Shown here piece after piece: positions 9,496 to 18,338 of a DNA stretch of 64,000 nucleotides (positions are counted from its first letter, which is position 1; every line of letters begins with the position of its first letter). Where the stretch lies: the IMG/VR virus record IMGVR_UViG_3300044527_000814, positions 7,650-71,649 of that record. The stretch is one strand, 5' to 3'. The notes below the pieces were generated by a model. The model did not search any database and was not told the origin of the DNA. It saw only the letters and a list, made by a program, of their open reading frames with translations. The position numbers and the translations under genes are program-made. This DNA is from a virus.

Positions 9496-10215
9496 ATGAC
9501 GTACCACAACACGGTTTCGGGTCTTTCTCTGTACGGCCTTGGCATGCAGGGCGCGAAGGACGAGAGTTCTGCTGGGCAGTCGTACGCGCCGACTAATCCA
9601 ACGATGAGCGTCCGCGAACTTCAGCGCCGTCTCATGGCAGCAGGTATGGATGTTGGCAGGACGGGCGCAGACAACGTGTGGGGCGAGCGCACCGAAAGGG
9701 CTCTCGCTACGTTTGCGACTCAAAAGGGCCTTCCGCTGCCTCCGCTTGGTATGCCTGGTAAGTATATCGTCAGCGGTTCCAGCGTGACGATTCCGGCCGC
9801 AGTGGCAGCAGCGCTGCCCGCCGCATCTGGCGGCAGCAGCGGTGGCCGCAGCAGCGGTGGCCGCAGCAGCGGTGGCCGCAGCAGCGGTGGCCGCAGCAGC
9901 GGTGGCCGCAGCAGCGGTGGCGGCAGCAGCGGTGGCGGCAGCGGTGACGGTGGCGGTGACGGTGGCGGCAGCAGCGGTGGCGGTGGTGGCAGTCAGCGCA
10001 GTGGTGACAGCCCCCGCCCTGCTCCAGATGTCGTGCCGGATGCTCCGGCGCCAGTTACTGCGGACTCCGATTACGGTGGCAGGGTCAGGGAAGAAACGAG
10101 CGAGCTTCCGTGGCCGTGGATTGGTGCGGGCTTGGGCGTGCTGGCCTTGCTCGGCGTCTGGTATTGGAACGAGCGTCAGGCTTCGGACCCGCTAAACAGC
10201 GAACGAGAGTTCTAG
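9496..10215 (+). CDS. peptidoglycan-binding domain protein with Ser/Gly stalk and C-terminal TM
   Basis: VRELQRRL...GADNVWGERTERAL; LYGLG motif; TM WPWIGAGLGVLALLGVWYW. Confidence 0.8.
   Translation: MTYHNTVSGLSLYGLGMQGAKDESSAGQSYAPTNPTMSVRELQRRLMAAGMDVGRTGADNVWGERTERALATFATQKGLPLPPLGMPGKYIVSGSSVTIPAAVAAALPAASGGSSGGRSSGGRSSGGRSSGGRSSGGRSSGGGSSGGGSGDGGGDGGGSSGGGGGSQRSGDSPRPAPDVVPDAPAPVTADSDYGGRVREETSELPWPWIGAGLGVLALLGVWYWNERQASDPLNSEREF
9841..9930 (+). repeat. 15-nt tandem repeat ggtggccgcagcagc (5 exact copies + 1 variant; GGRSS)
   Basis: Direct read. Confidence 0.9.
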
Positions 10216-10223
10216 GGGCTTCT

Positions 10224-10868
10224 ATGACGTACCATCACGCGCACGACTCGGCACACACGGTTCGGCTGCACGGACTCGGCGACCTATCTGCCGGTGACAA
10301 GATCACACTCCGGTTCCGTCCCGGCGCTGGTGTCAACCAGCGCAACGCGGTGCGTATTCTTGATGAGCTTCGGACTGCGCTGCTAGGTACGAACCATTTC
10401 ACCTCGCCGACCTACCTGGGATGGGGAACCGGAGGAACGCTCGTCTACAGGGGTTCTGTTCGTTCGGCGAACTACACGCTGCGGCAGGTTGCCAATATGA
10501 TGCCTGCGATTACGCTGCGTGTTGCCACTCGTGCTGGTCTGCCGGTCACGTTCCTGAGCGCACTCGATAGCGATGGCGACGAGCGCGTGGCCGAGCAGCC
10601 GGATGCTGCACCTCCTGGTGGATCGACTCCTGGCGGCGCGACGACCGGTGGTGGTGCGACCCCTGGCGGCGCGACCCCTGGCGGCGCTGCGACTCCAGGC
10701 GATGTCCCGGCGCCGGATCAGTCTGAGCCTTCGCGCGAAGGCGGCGGTTCGGAGCAGGGCGGCGGCGCGAAGAAGAGCATCATCCCTGTGGCGTTGATTA
10801 CACTGGCCTTTGGTGGCCTGGTTATTCTTTGGGGGACTCCGGCCCGTCGTGGTCGGTCTCGCGCGTAA
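10224..10868 (+). CDS. tail-anchored protein, paralogous domain family A
   Basis: MTYH start, LHGLGD motif, ITLRFRPG...YLGWG, C-terminal TM. Confidence 0.75.
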   Translation: MTYHHAHDSAHTVRLHGLGDLSAGDKITLRFRPGAGVNQRNAVRILDELRTALLGTNHFTSPTYLGWGTGGTLVYRGSVRSANYTLRQVANMMPAITLRVATRAGLPVTFLSALDSDGDERVAEQPDAAPPGGSTPGGATTGGGATPGGATPGGAATPGDVPAPDQSEPSREGGGSEQGGGAKKSIIPVALITLAFGGLVILWGTPARRGRSRA

Positions 10869-10885
10869 GGATGAGGGTGAGCTGA

Positions 10886-12028
10886 ATGTCGTACGCCAAT
10901 CGCACTGTTCTTCGTCGCTCGGTCGGATCCTTGTCGGGCATCAACGACAAGGTGGACCGCGGTGACGAGGTCACGCTCCGGTTTCAGCCGGGTGCTGGCG
11001 TCAACGCGTCTACCGGGCAGCGTGTGATCGACGCCTTGCGCACGGGCGTGCTGGGGACGAGGCACTTCGAAACGCCTAGCGTCGCGAGTTGGGGCTCAGG
11101 CACGAACCGCGGGATGCTCGTCATCAAGGCGGAGACGAGGTCCGACAATTACACGCTCCAGCAGATCGCGAACTTCATGCCGAACATCGCGCGCAACGCG
11201 TCGGCAAGTTCGGGTCTTCCCGTTACGTTTGCCAGCGCAAAAAACGAAGACGGAGACGAAGCGTTCGCGGCGGGGTCAAGAGGCCAGTCATCCGGTGGTG
11301 GAAGCTCGGCCCTGCCCATGATGGCGCAGATCATCGACATCCGTGTTCTATCTGCCACGAATCGAGCCCTGGCTCAGGCGATGAGCACAGAGCTTGCCCG
11401 ACGAATGCGGGAAATCCAAGTAGGCAACTACGACGGCTTGCTCAACAGCATTCGCAGCCTCGCGACGCGTTCGCTTACGGATTCGGCACCGATCACTGCT
11501 GTTCGAGATGCCGTGTATTACGGCATCAGGCAGCTTGATCGCCTTTCAACCGCGACGGAGCGGGCGGTTGACAAGACGCTCCGTGACAGGCGGGACCCAG
11601 GCTCGTTTGTCGACACGCCAAAGAACCGCGAGATCATCGCCGAGAGTCAACGTGGGCTTGGCCTCGCCGACCGGATTCGAGATGGGCTGTCCGCGATCTA
11701 TCGCGCCGTAGCTCCGGCCGAAGGCGTGCGCGGGCTCGGCGATCTCTCCTCGGCGCTGTACACCATGTCTCTTGGCCTACTTTTCAGCGGCCTTACAGGT
11801 GGCGTGTCGGTTCCTGTCGCCATGCTTGTCGCGCTGACCCAACTCTTCGGACTTGTGGACGAGGTTATCGAAGCGCTCAAGGCGATGGCGAATGTCGTTG
11901 TCGAGCCGGTTCAGGAAGCTGCTGCGGACTGGCTCAGGTTCGTGCTCATCGGCGGAACGGTCGCCGCCGCGGGGTACATCGGCTGGAAGCTGTGGATCAC
12001 GAAGAGGGCCGCGAGTAGGTTCGTCTGA
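10886..12028 (+). CDS. family A domain + helical region + two C-terminal hydrophobic segments
   Basis: VTLRFQPG...VASWG closely matches 10224. VRGLGD precedes a hydrophobic hairpin. Confidence 0.8.
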   Translation: MSYANRTVLRRSVGSLSGINDKVDRGDEVTLRFQPGAGVNASTGQRVIDALRTGVLGTRHFETPSVASWGSGTNRGMLVIKAETRSDNYTLQQIANFMPNIARNASASSGLPVTFASAKNEDGDEAFAAGSRGQSSGGGSSALPMMAQIIDIRVLSATNRALAQAMSTELARRMREIQVGNYDGLLNSIRSLATRSLTDSAPITAVRDAVYYGIRQLDRLSTATERAVDKTLRDRRDPGSFVDTPKNREIIAESQRGLGLADRIRDGLSAIYRAVAPAEGVRGLGDLSSALYTMSLGLLFSGLTGGVSVPVAMLVALTQLFGLVDEVIEALKAMANVVVEPVQEAAADWLRFVLIGGTVAAAGYIGWKLWITKRAASRFV

Positions 12029-15000
12029 TGCCCAAGATCGTCGGCTACGTCGGTGATACGGCGCCGCCAGAAGAACCCTCGTTTCCGTGGCTTGGCGCCG
12101 GGGCGACGGTGTTTGGTGCGCTCGGCGTGCTGTGGGTTGCGTCCAAGCTGCCCAACTGGAGACGCTCGCTCGTAGCCAACCCGCTCAGTGAGTACCAGGA
12201 ACCAACGCTCAACAAGATCGAGTCGGCCGTCAAGAAGGCGCGCACAGGCGAGCCTCGCTACCCGGTTCCTGACAGTGTCCGCGAGGCGCTGAAGAAGCTC
12301 CCGCCCGGACGCTACACGTACGATCTTGGCGCGGGATACCCGTCTCGGACACGCAAGACGAAGCCGCGTCAGCGTGTCCGTCGCTATCGCCAGAAGACTA
12401 CGCGCCGCGGAGCGAACTACAGCGCGAGCAAGGCAGCCCAAGAGACCGACAGCCCGCATATCGTCGTCGAGACGTTCGGGAAAGAAGACGGGCCAGTCGG
12501 CGCGGAGTACGAGGCGTCTGAGTTCGTGACGCTTGCGGTTTACCGCGAGGACGGTCGGCCTGAGTTCCTAATCCATGCGGACAAGGTCGAGCAGTCTCCG
12601 CTGCCCACGGCTGAAGAGCGCAAAGCGAACCTCGCGGCGCTCAAGCAGAAACGCATCGACAGTGAGCGGCTGAAGCAGGAAGCGCTGGCCCGCAAGGCGC
12701 TGCTTCTCACCGCACGCACTGAACTGGAGATGAAGAAGATCGCGGACCGCATCGCGCTCGACGAGGCGGCACGCGAAGTGCGCGCGCGGCGCGACACGTC
12801 GAAGCGCGAGGAGCGTGTTCGCCGCATCGTCGAGAAGCAGATTTTTGGTGGCCTCGCGTCTGAGATCAAGCGCGCGCGCAAGGATACGGCCAAGCAGCTC
12901 GGCGCGTCTTTCGCGGCGGAAGAGGCCAAGCGCGCGGCGGCTCGTGCAGCGACTGAAGCTGCGGCTGCGGCTGCTGCTGCGGCAGCTGCGACTCCTGCTG
13001 CGGGCGGTGCGCCAGCAAAGCCTCCGCGGCGGGCTCCTACGGCGCAGGAGCTTAGACAGGAAGCGACCGCTGCGGGGCGCAGGGCAGCGGCGACGCCAGC
13101 GAGCGGCAACTACGTGCTGGTGGCCAAGGCTGGTGAGTTTGTCGCTGCGATCGACGCGCGCGGAAACAAGAGGCTCCTGCTCGCTGAGCCCTTTGCAGGT
13201 ACGAACGCAGACCTGGGTTCATTTGTCACAGTCACCACCCCCGGAGTGACCAGCGCGAAGTACGGGAAGACGTTCGGCGTCAAGCTCGCCAAGAAAGCAG
13301 ACAAGCCGACCCCGGCGCAGAAAAAAGCTGCCGAGAAGGAACTGAGCACCACGATTGAGAGCGAGGCCGAGCTTCCGCCTCCTCCGCAGAGGCAGCGCGC
13401 GGCGCCTGTCCCCGACGAAGAGGCAGAGGCTCCGGCGCCCACGGCGAAGCCAAAGACCTCGCGCAAGGCGCCTGCCAAGGCTGCACCGGCGAAGGTTGCG
13501 ACGGTCAAGGCCCCGCCAGCGAAGGCCAAGCCTGCCAAGGCGTCCTCCGCGAAGCCCGCTTCAGAGCCTGCGCCCGAAGCGCCGCGCACGGTTCCGCAGA
13601 AAGCAGTTCGCCAGGAACTCGTGGTGCCTGGCCTGTACTTCTACATCGACTCCGTCAACGGGCGAGCGCGCACCGTGAGTAGCGAGGGCAAGGTCGTACT
13701 GTTCTCGGAGGGCCCCTTTGAACTGGCGAAGGCGAAAGAGAACTCGCTCGTCTCCGTGAGGATGAGCACGAAGGCCTCCGTTCCGTTCATCGTGGAGAAG
13801 GCGCCGCCGAAGTCGAAGCTGACAGCTGACCAAGAAGAGCGAGTCTTCCGCATCGTCGCGGGTCAGGACGCGGGGGCGCCTGATCCCGCACCAGCGCCAG
13901 TCAAGGAAAAGCAGCGCGCGGTTAAGACCTCCGTGGTTAAGCGAAGCCGGGCACAGATCGAGGATGCCGAGTCTGTGGGAAATCAGTTCCCTTCGCTCGA
14001 CGATCCGGTGGACGAGTTTGAAGAAGAGGACGATGAGGTCGGTTCTCTCTTTGCCAAGCGTAGCGGCTCGGAGCGAGAAGGTCGTAGGCCCAAGACTAGC
14101 CGTGCAAAGGCTGCGGGTGAACCAGCAACCAAGAAGCAGGAGGGCGCCCCCGCTGCGCCTGCTGCTCAGAAGTACTTCTCGATCGGTCGCACCATGCTCC
14201 CGGGCGAGGTCGCTGCGGCTCTTTATGCAGGCATCCTTGGGCGCGAGGGCGGCATGGTCGAGGACGGCACTTCCGTCATCGCCACTGGAAGAATCGTTGG
14301 CGTTCCGAGCGTCGCGACGCAAAGGCGACGCGCTGGTGTGTTCACGGTACAGATTGAGAGCCAGGTTCTTCAAGAAGTACCCGGGCAAGAAGAGCCTGTT
14401 GTACGCGTTATCAAGAAGAAGATCGACATCCCGGTTCCGTGGATCGGTGCCGTCGGCGATGTCGAGCCCGGGGACCAGCTGAGCCTGATCGCCCAGGTCG
14501 GCAACGGCGAGCTTGTTGGGATGGCTGCCGACGTGTCTCGCCTCGGGTTCACGGCGCCTCAGCCAATCGCACCGAAGCCTGCCGTTGAGCGCCCGGAGCC
14601 CGCGCCCAAGGCAGAGCGCCCTGCGAAGGCCGCCAAGACTGCGCCGGTCCCGCAGAAGCCGCGCACGTCTCGGCCTACTGGGCCGTCTGAGGAGCAGCTT
14701 AGGATCAAGGCGATGCCGCAGGCCGAGCGCGTGCTGCGCAACCGAATCCCGGTGGACTGGGTGCGCAGGCAGATCGACTGGGCCATCCCAGAACGCTTGA
14801 AGCAGGTACGGATCAAGGCGCCTGATACCAAGCTTACGGACATGGGCGTTACCAAAACGCCTGGCCAGGGCAACAACGGTGAGTTCAGTTTCACCGGCTT
14901 CGTCAAGTCTGTGCCGACCGATGAGGGCAAGCGCACGGGCGTTGGGCTTGTCGAAGTGCAGTGGTCGTTCGTGCGCGCGACAATTCCGTTTGCGGCTTTC

Positions 15001-15654
15001 GGGTCGCGAGACGTGAAGCTCAATGACTGGGTAACAATGTCGGGCGTAGTCCAGGGTCGCGACCTGCGCGATTTCAAGCTGACCCGGCAAGCTGCGGAGC
15101 CCGAGTCCGCACCAGAACCTCAGACAACCACGTCACGAGGCGCTTCAATGAAGTCCAAGGGCAGAACCAGCAGGGGACTCAAGAAGAACTCACGGGCTTC
15201 CAAGGAAGACCCGTCACTCTTCCGGGAGTTTCGTCGCGTCATCAACATGAGTCCCGGCGAGATCGAGCGCTGGCGCAAGGACCCGCGTCATCGCGACGCG
15301 AGCCTGTCGCATATCCGCGCAGAACTACCGCTGCTTGCTCAGATGAAGCGTACGCCGATGTCCAGGTGGACACCGAAGATGTGGAACAAGGCCATGCGTG
15401 CCGTCAACTTCGTCAAGCGCCACGAGGCGCAGATGAAAGTCCAGGGCAAGCGCTACGGCACAGGGCGGCTCCACTCCACGTACAAGCGCATCATCGGCCT
15501 GCTGAACTGGGGGCGGAAAACGCCCGGCGTCAACATCAAGAGCGTTCTCGCGAAGAAGACCAGCAAGCGCCGCGTCACGCGCAACCCGGAGGCCGACTTG
15601 CACGCGATCCCCTACGCGGCGCCGAGGCTCTACGTGATGCGTTGGCCAGGTTGA
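12028..15654 (+). CDS. 1208-aa mosaic protein: N-terminal TM, K/A/P-rich linkers, C-terminal DUF3140-like domain
   Basis: TGATG coupling. FRRVINMSPGEIERW...VNFVKRH...LLNWG recalls DUF3140. Contains multiple TSR and NP motifs. Confidence 0.75.
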   Translation: MPKIVGYVGDTAPPEEPSFPWLGAGATVFGALGVLWVASKLPNWRRSLVANPLSEYQEPTLNKIESAVKKARTGEPRYPVPDSVREALKKLPPGRYTYDLGAGYPSRTRKTKPRQRVRRYRQKTTRRGANYSASKAAQETDSPHIVVETFGKEDGPVGAEYEASEFVTLAVYREDGRPEFLIHADKVEQSPLPTAEERKANLAALKQKRIDSERLKQEALARKALLLTARTELEMKKIADRIALDEAAREVRARRDTSKREERVRRIVEKQIFGGLASEIKRARKDTAKQLGASFAAEEAKRAAARAATEAAAAAAAAAAATPAAGGAPAKPPRRAPTAQELRQEATAAGRRAAATPASGNYVLVAKAGEFVAAIDARGNKRLLLAEPFAGTNADLGSFVTVTTPGVTSAKYGKTFGVKLAKKADKPTPAQKKAAEKELSTTIESEAELPPPPQRQRAAPVPDEEAEAPAPTAKPKTSRKAPAKAAPAKVATVKAPPAKAKPAKASSAKPASEPAPEAPRTVPQKAVRQELVVPGLYFYIDSVNGRARTVSSEGKVVLFSEGPFELAKAKENSLVSVRMSTKASVPFIVEKAPPKSKLTADQEERVFRIVAGQDAGAPDPAPAPVKEKQRAVKTSVVKRSRAQIEDAESVGNQFPSLDDPVDEFEEEDDEVGSLFAKRSGSEREGRRPKTSRAKAAGEPATKKQEGAPAAPAAQKYFSIGRTMLPGEVAAALYAGILGREGGMVEDGTSVIATGRIVGVPSVATQRRRAGVFTVQIESQVLQEVPGQEEPVVRVIKKKIDIPVPWIGAVGDVEPGDQLSLIAQVGNGELVGMAADVSRLGFTAPQPIAPKPAVERPEPAPKAERPAKAAKTAPVPQKPRTSRPTGPSEEQLRIKAMPQAERVLRNRIPVDWVRRQIDWAIPERLKQVRIKAPDTKLTDMGVTKTPGQGNNGEFSFTGFVKSVPTDEGKRTGVGLVEVQWSFVRATIPFAAFGSRDVKLNDWVTMSGVVQGRDLRDFKLTRQAAEPESAPEPQTTTSRGASMKSKGRTSRGLKKNSRASKEDPSLFREFRRVINMSPGEIERWRKDPRHRDASLSHIRAELPLLAQMKRTPMSRWTPKMWNKAMRAVNFVKRHEAQMKVQGKRYGTGRLHSTYKRIIGLLNWGRKTPGVNIKSVLAKKTSKRRVTRNPEADLHAIPYAAPRLYVMRWPG

Positions 15655-15667
15655 ATCGGAGGCCATC

Positions 15668-16750
15668 ATGAGCGCGAGCGTCAGATTCGTCAGTTACAAG
15701 GGCAAGAGGGGCTTCGTGGTGCGTGGCGGACCGGAGGTTCAGCCAACGCGCCAAGACAGTCACATGGGGCGCAGCTTCTACCTGGTCAGCAGGCTCGAAG
15801 CGGCGAACTGGGGCACAGTCCAGAACTACGACGGCGCTGGCATGAGCGCTGGACCGCTGCACGTCATCGCCTACCTACCTGCCAGCGGCGATCCAGGCCC
15901 TCTCTGGCGCATGGTGCGAAAAGTCTTCGACGCATCTTCTGCGCCCGCCGTCGTTTCGCTGCGCCGCAAACTCGACAGCCTCGGGTGGTCCGTAGACGAG
16001 CGTGGCGTGGTGCGCGACTCGGCAGGCAACGCAGTACCGGGCTCTACAATCCGAGAGCAGTTGTCCGCGTCCGACGGCCGTGTTCCCGAGTCCGGTCCCG
16101 TGCATGATCGCGCCAAGAATTGGGCGCTCCTCTTCCACGGCGCATTTGCCGACCCAAGCTCATACCCGGCGCAGTACGAAGGAACGGTTGACTGGCTTCT
16201 CGGCAACTTCGAAGCCGAAGCGGACGCGTACCGCAAGTATGTGCCCGGCCTCACGGGCAGCGACGCCGACGTGAAGCGGTGGGTGCGAGGCGCAACGATG
16301 GCGCAAGTCGGCCCCTACCTCGACCTGGCAATGTCCATCTATCACGCGTTCTCCGCCAACGCGCCGGGCGTTGCCAAGAGGGTGCTGAACAGCGTGCTCG
16401 CTCGGAACCTGAATGTTCGCGATTTCGCCAAGGCGCTGCCGCAGGCCCTTGAGAACTCGGGCTACAAGAACTGGGACCTACGGGCCCGCAAGACCAAAGC
16501 TGCCGTCGCTCGCAGCGGCCTGTGGCCCGAGGAAGTCGTCGAGTACGTCTACCCAGATGCACAGGCCGCGTCGATGCGCGAGTACGTCGACGAAGTAGCA
16601 GATGCCGTGTCGGAAGCAGCGACAGACGCCGCCGGTTCGATCCTCCCTGTATTATTGCTAGGTAGTGGTGCAGCGGCGGTGTTGTGGTACATGCACAAGC
16701 GTCGCGCCAGAAACCGCAGACCGGGCGGGCTCCTCAGGCGATCACGATGA
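15668..16750 (+). CDS. putative lysozyme-superfamily peptidoglycan hydrolase with C-terminal TM
   Basis: GGAGG RBS. LE...VQNYDGAGMSAG resembles the E...NxYDxxxxSxG muramidase/chitosanase-like motif. TM followed by basic tail. Confidence 0.55.
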   Translation: MSASVRFVSYKGKRGFVVRGGPEVQPTRQDSHMGRSFYLVSRLEAANWGTVQNYDGAGMSAGPLHVIAYLPASGDPGPLWRMVRKVFDASSAPAVVSLRRKLDSLGWSVDERGVVRDSAGNAVPGSTIREQLSASDGRVPESGPVHDRAKNWALLFHGAFADPSSYPAQYEGTVDWLLGNFEAEADAYRKYVPGLTGSDADVKRWVRGATMAQVGPYLDLAMSIYHAFSANAPGVAKRVLNSVLARNLNVRDFAKALPQALENSGYKNWDLRARKTKAAVARSGLWPEEVVEYVYPDAQAASMREYVDEVADAVSEAATDAAGSILPVLLLGSGAAAVLWYMHKRRARNRRPGGLLRRSR

Positions 16751-16791
16751 CAGCCATCGCATGCGACTCAGAGTAAAGGCATCGAGGCAAC

Positions 16792-17130
16792 ATGGCCCTC
16801 TATAGCGTCTGGGACTGGAACAAGAATCTCTACCGCGTCTACTCGGACGCGCTGCCGGTCTCTGTCGGCGTCGACCCGGACCCGCCGCGTCCGATGAATG
16901 TGCATCTGCTCGGTGCTGTGCCCTTCGAGGGGTGTAAGGTTCTCCCGCATGGCACGCGATTCATGGGCCTCTCGCACGTTCCGCGCGGTGAGATCGTACG
17001 GGATGCGAGCGGATTGCGAGAAGTCATGGGTCTCGGGTCAGAAGCGGGCGGGAGGACCGGGATCGGTTCTGTTGCCCTGGTCTGTGTCGGGCTTGCCGTA
17101 GGATACTTTGCAGGCAGGCTGATCTCATGA
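16792..17130 (+). CDS. small tail-anchored protein
   Basis: GAGG RBS; VMGLGS then TM. Confidence 0.7.
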   Translation: MALYSVWDWNKNLYRVYSDALPVSVGVDPDPPRPMNVHLLGAVPFEGCKVLPHGTRFMGLSHVPRGEIVRDASGLREVMGLGSEAGGRTGIGSVALVCVGLAVGYFAGRLIS

Positions 17131-17696
17131 TTCGCAACCGATCTTCGAAGAAAAAGGGCAAGAGCACCCGCGCAAGCGCGGGCGCGATGTCCCGCATGTA
17201 CGGCAAATCGTCACGCGCCAATCCGACCAGCGCCATCCGTCGCTACAAAATCTTCCATAAGAAGGATCCCCGCGGTATCGTGAAGCTTGACGGGCTGCCA
17301 CCTTTCGTCTCGAAGCTCGGGCAGTGTCTGTCCGTGATGTATGAGACGGACAAGTGGGAGGCAGACGGGGAAGACACGCGATACAAGCACTTGCACGACA
17401 GGCGGCGCGGCAGGGAAGTCTACGCGTACGAGGCGGCGTACACAGATGCCGCTGGAGCCCAAGACTTTCCTGTCGATCCACCGACCTCCGCCGAAGGCTT
17501 CGCCCGGCTTGGCAAGTGCTACGGCTTTTTTGTGAAGACCGACAGCGGAGAGATCCGCGAGTACAATCCGACGGGCACAGACCTGTTCACGTCGCCCAAG
17601 GGCAATCTGCTTGGCATCTACCACCCCACGCAAGGCTGGCTCGCCTTCATCGCGGGCGGCAAGTTGCGCGTCGAAGCGCCCGGCATCGACGGCTGA
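17127..17696 (+). CDS. hypothetical protein with basic leader ending SSRANP
   Basis: ATGA coupling; globular domain follows the basic leader. Confidence 0.75.
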   Translation: MIRNRSSKKKGKSTRASAGAMSRMYGKSSRANPTSAIRRYKIFHKKDPRGIVKLDGLPPFVSKLGQCLSVMYETDKWEADGEDTRYKHLHDRRRGREVYAYEAAYTDAAGAQDFPVDPPTSAEGFARLGKCYGFFVKTDSGEIREYNPTGTDLFTSPKGNLLGIYHPTQGWLAFIAGGKLRVEAPGIDG

Positions 17697-17819
17697 CGAG
17701 CGACAAAAGTGCCACGCATGAACTTTTTTCTTAAACCTGTAGCGCGACTGCCGTATCATTACGCTGAGGCTGGCCGGGCGCTCCACTCGTGTACGCTGCC
17801 GAGCGGGTGACTTGCGTCC

Positions 17820-18332
17820 ATGGCACTGTCCTACATCAAGAGCAACATGCGAACTGCGCTCGCGTACCGCGAGTCGCCTGGCATGCTGCGCGCCAATGGC
17901 GGTGTAGAGGCCTTGACGGTCATGAACCCGGGGCTGGTCCCCCACCTGACCTCTGCCGATGTCCGGCAGAGAAACCTGAAGGAGAATGCGATGAGCTACG
18001 ACCTTGGGGCACTTTTGCTCCAGAATAAGAAGAAGACCGGCAAGAAGAAGCCCGCCAAGAAGAAGGGCAAGGGCAAGGGCAAGCCGAGCAAGACGATGAC
18101 GAAGATGCAGCGCGCCGCGAAGAAGCGCGTTACCAAGGCGCTTCGCGCGATTGAGAAGGCCAGGACCGCAGCGAAGCGTCGCCTGAGCAAGGCGACGACC
18201 AGCAAGGGCAAGGCGAGGGCGCGCAAGACCAGCAAGAAGGTCATGCGCACGCTGAATACCCGTCTCAAGAAGGCCCGCGCTGCGTTCAAGAAGGCGTCGA
18301 AGAAGGCGAAGACCAGCAAGAAGAAGGGATGA
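17820..18332 (+). CDS. highly basic (Lys-rich) putative DNA-condensing core protein
   Basis: K/R/A-rich C-terminal two thirds. A second start (MSYD) follows AAGGAG at about 17990. Confidence 0.7.
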   Translation: MALSYIKSNMRTALAYRESPGMLRANGGVEALTVMNPGLVPHLTSADVRQRNLKENAMSYDLGALLLQNKKKTGKKKPAKKKGKGKGKPSKTMTKMQRAAKKRVTKALRAIEKARTAAKRRLSKATTSKGKARARKTSKKVMRTLNTRLKKARAAFKKASKKAKTSKKKG

Positions 18333-18338
18333 GTCATC

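Noticed and set aside
8941-9930. Tandem repeats as a possible CRISPR array
   Set aside because: No unique spacers; units are in-frame Gly-rich linkers.
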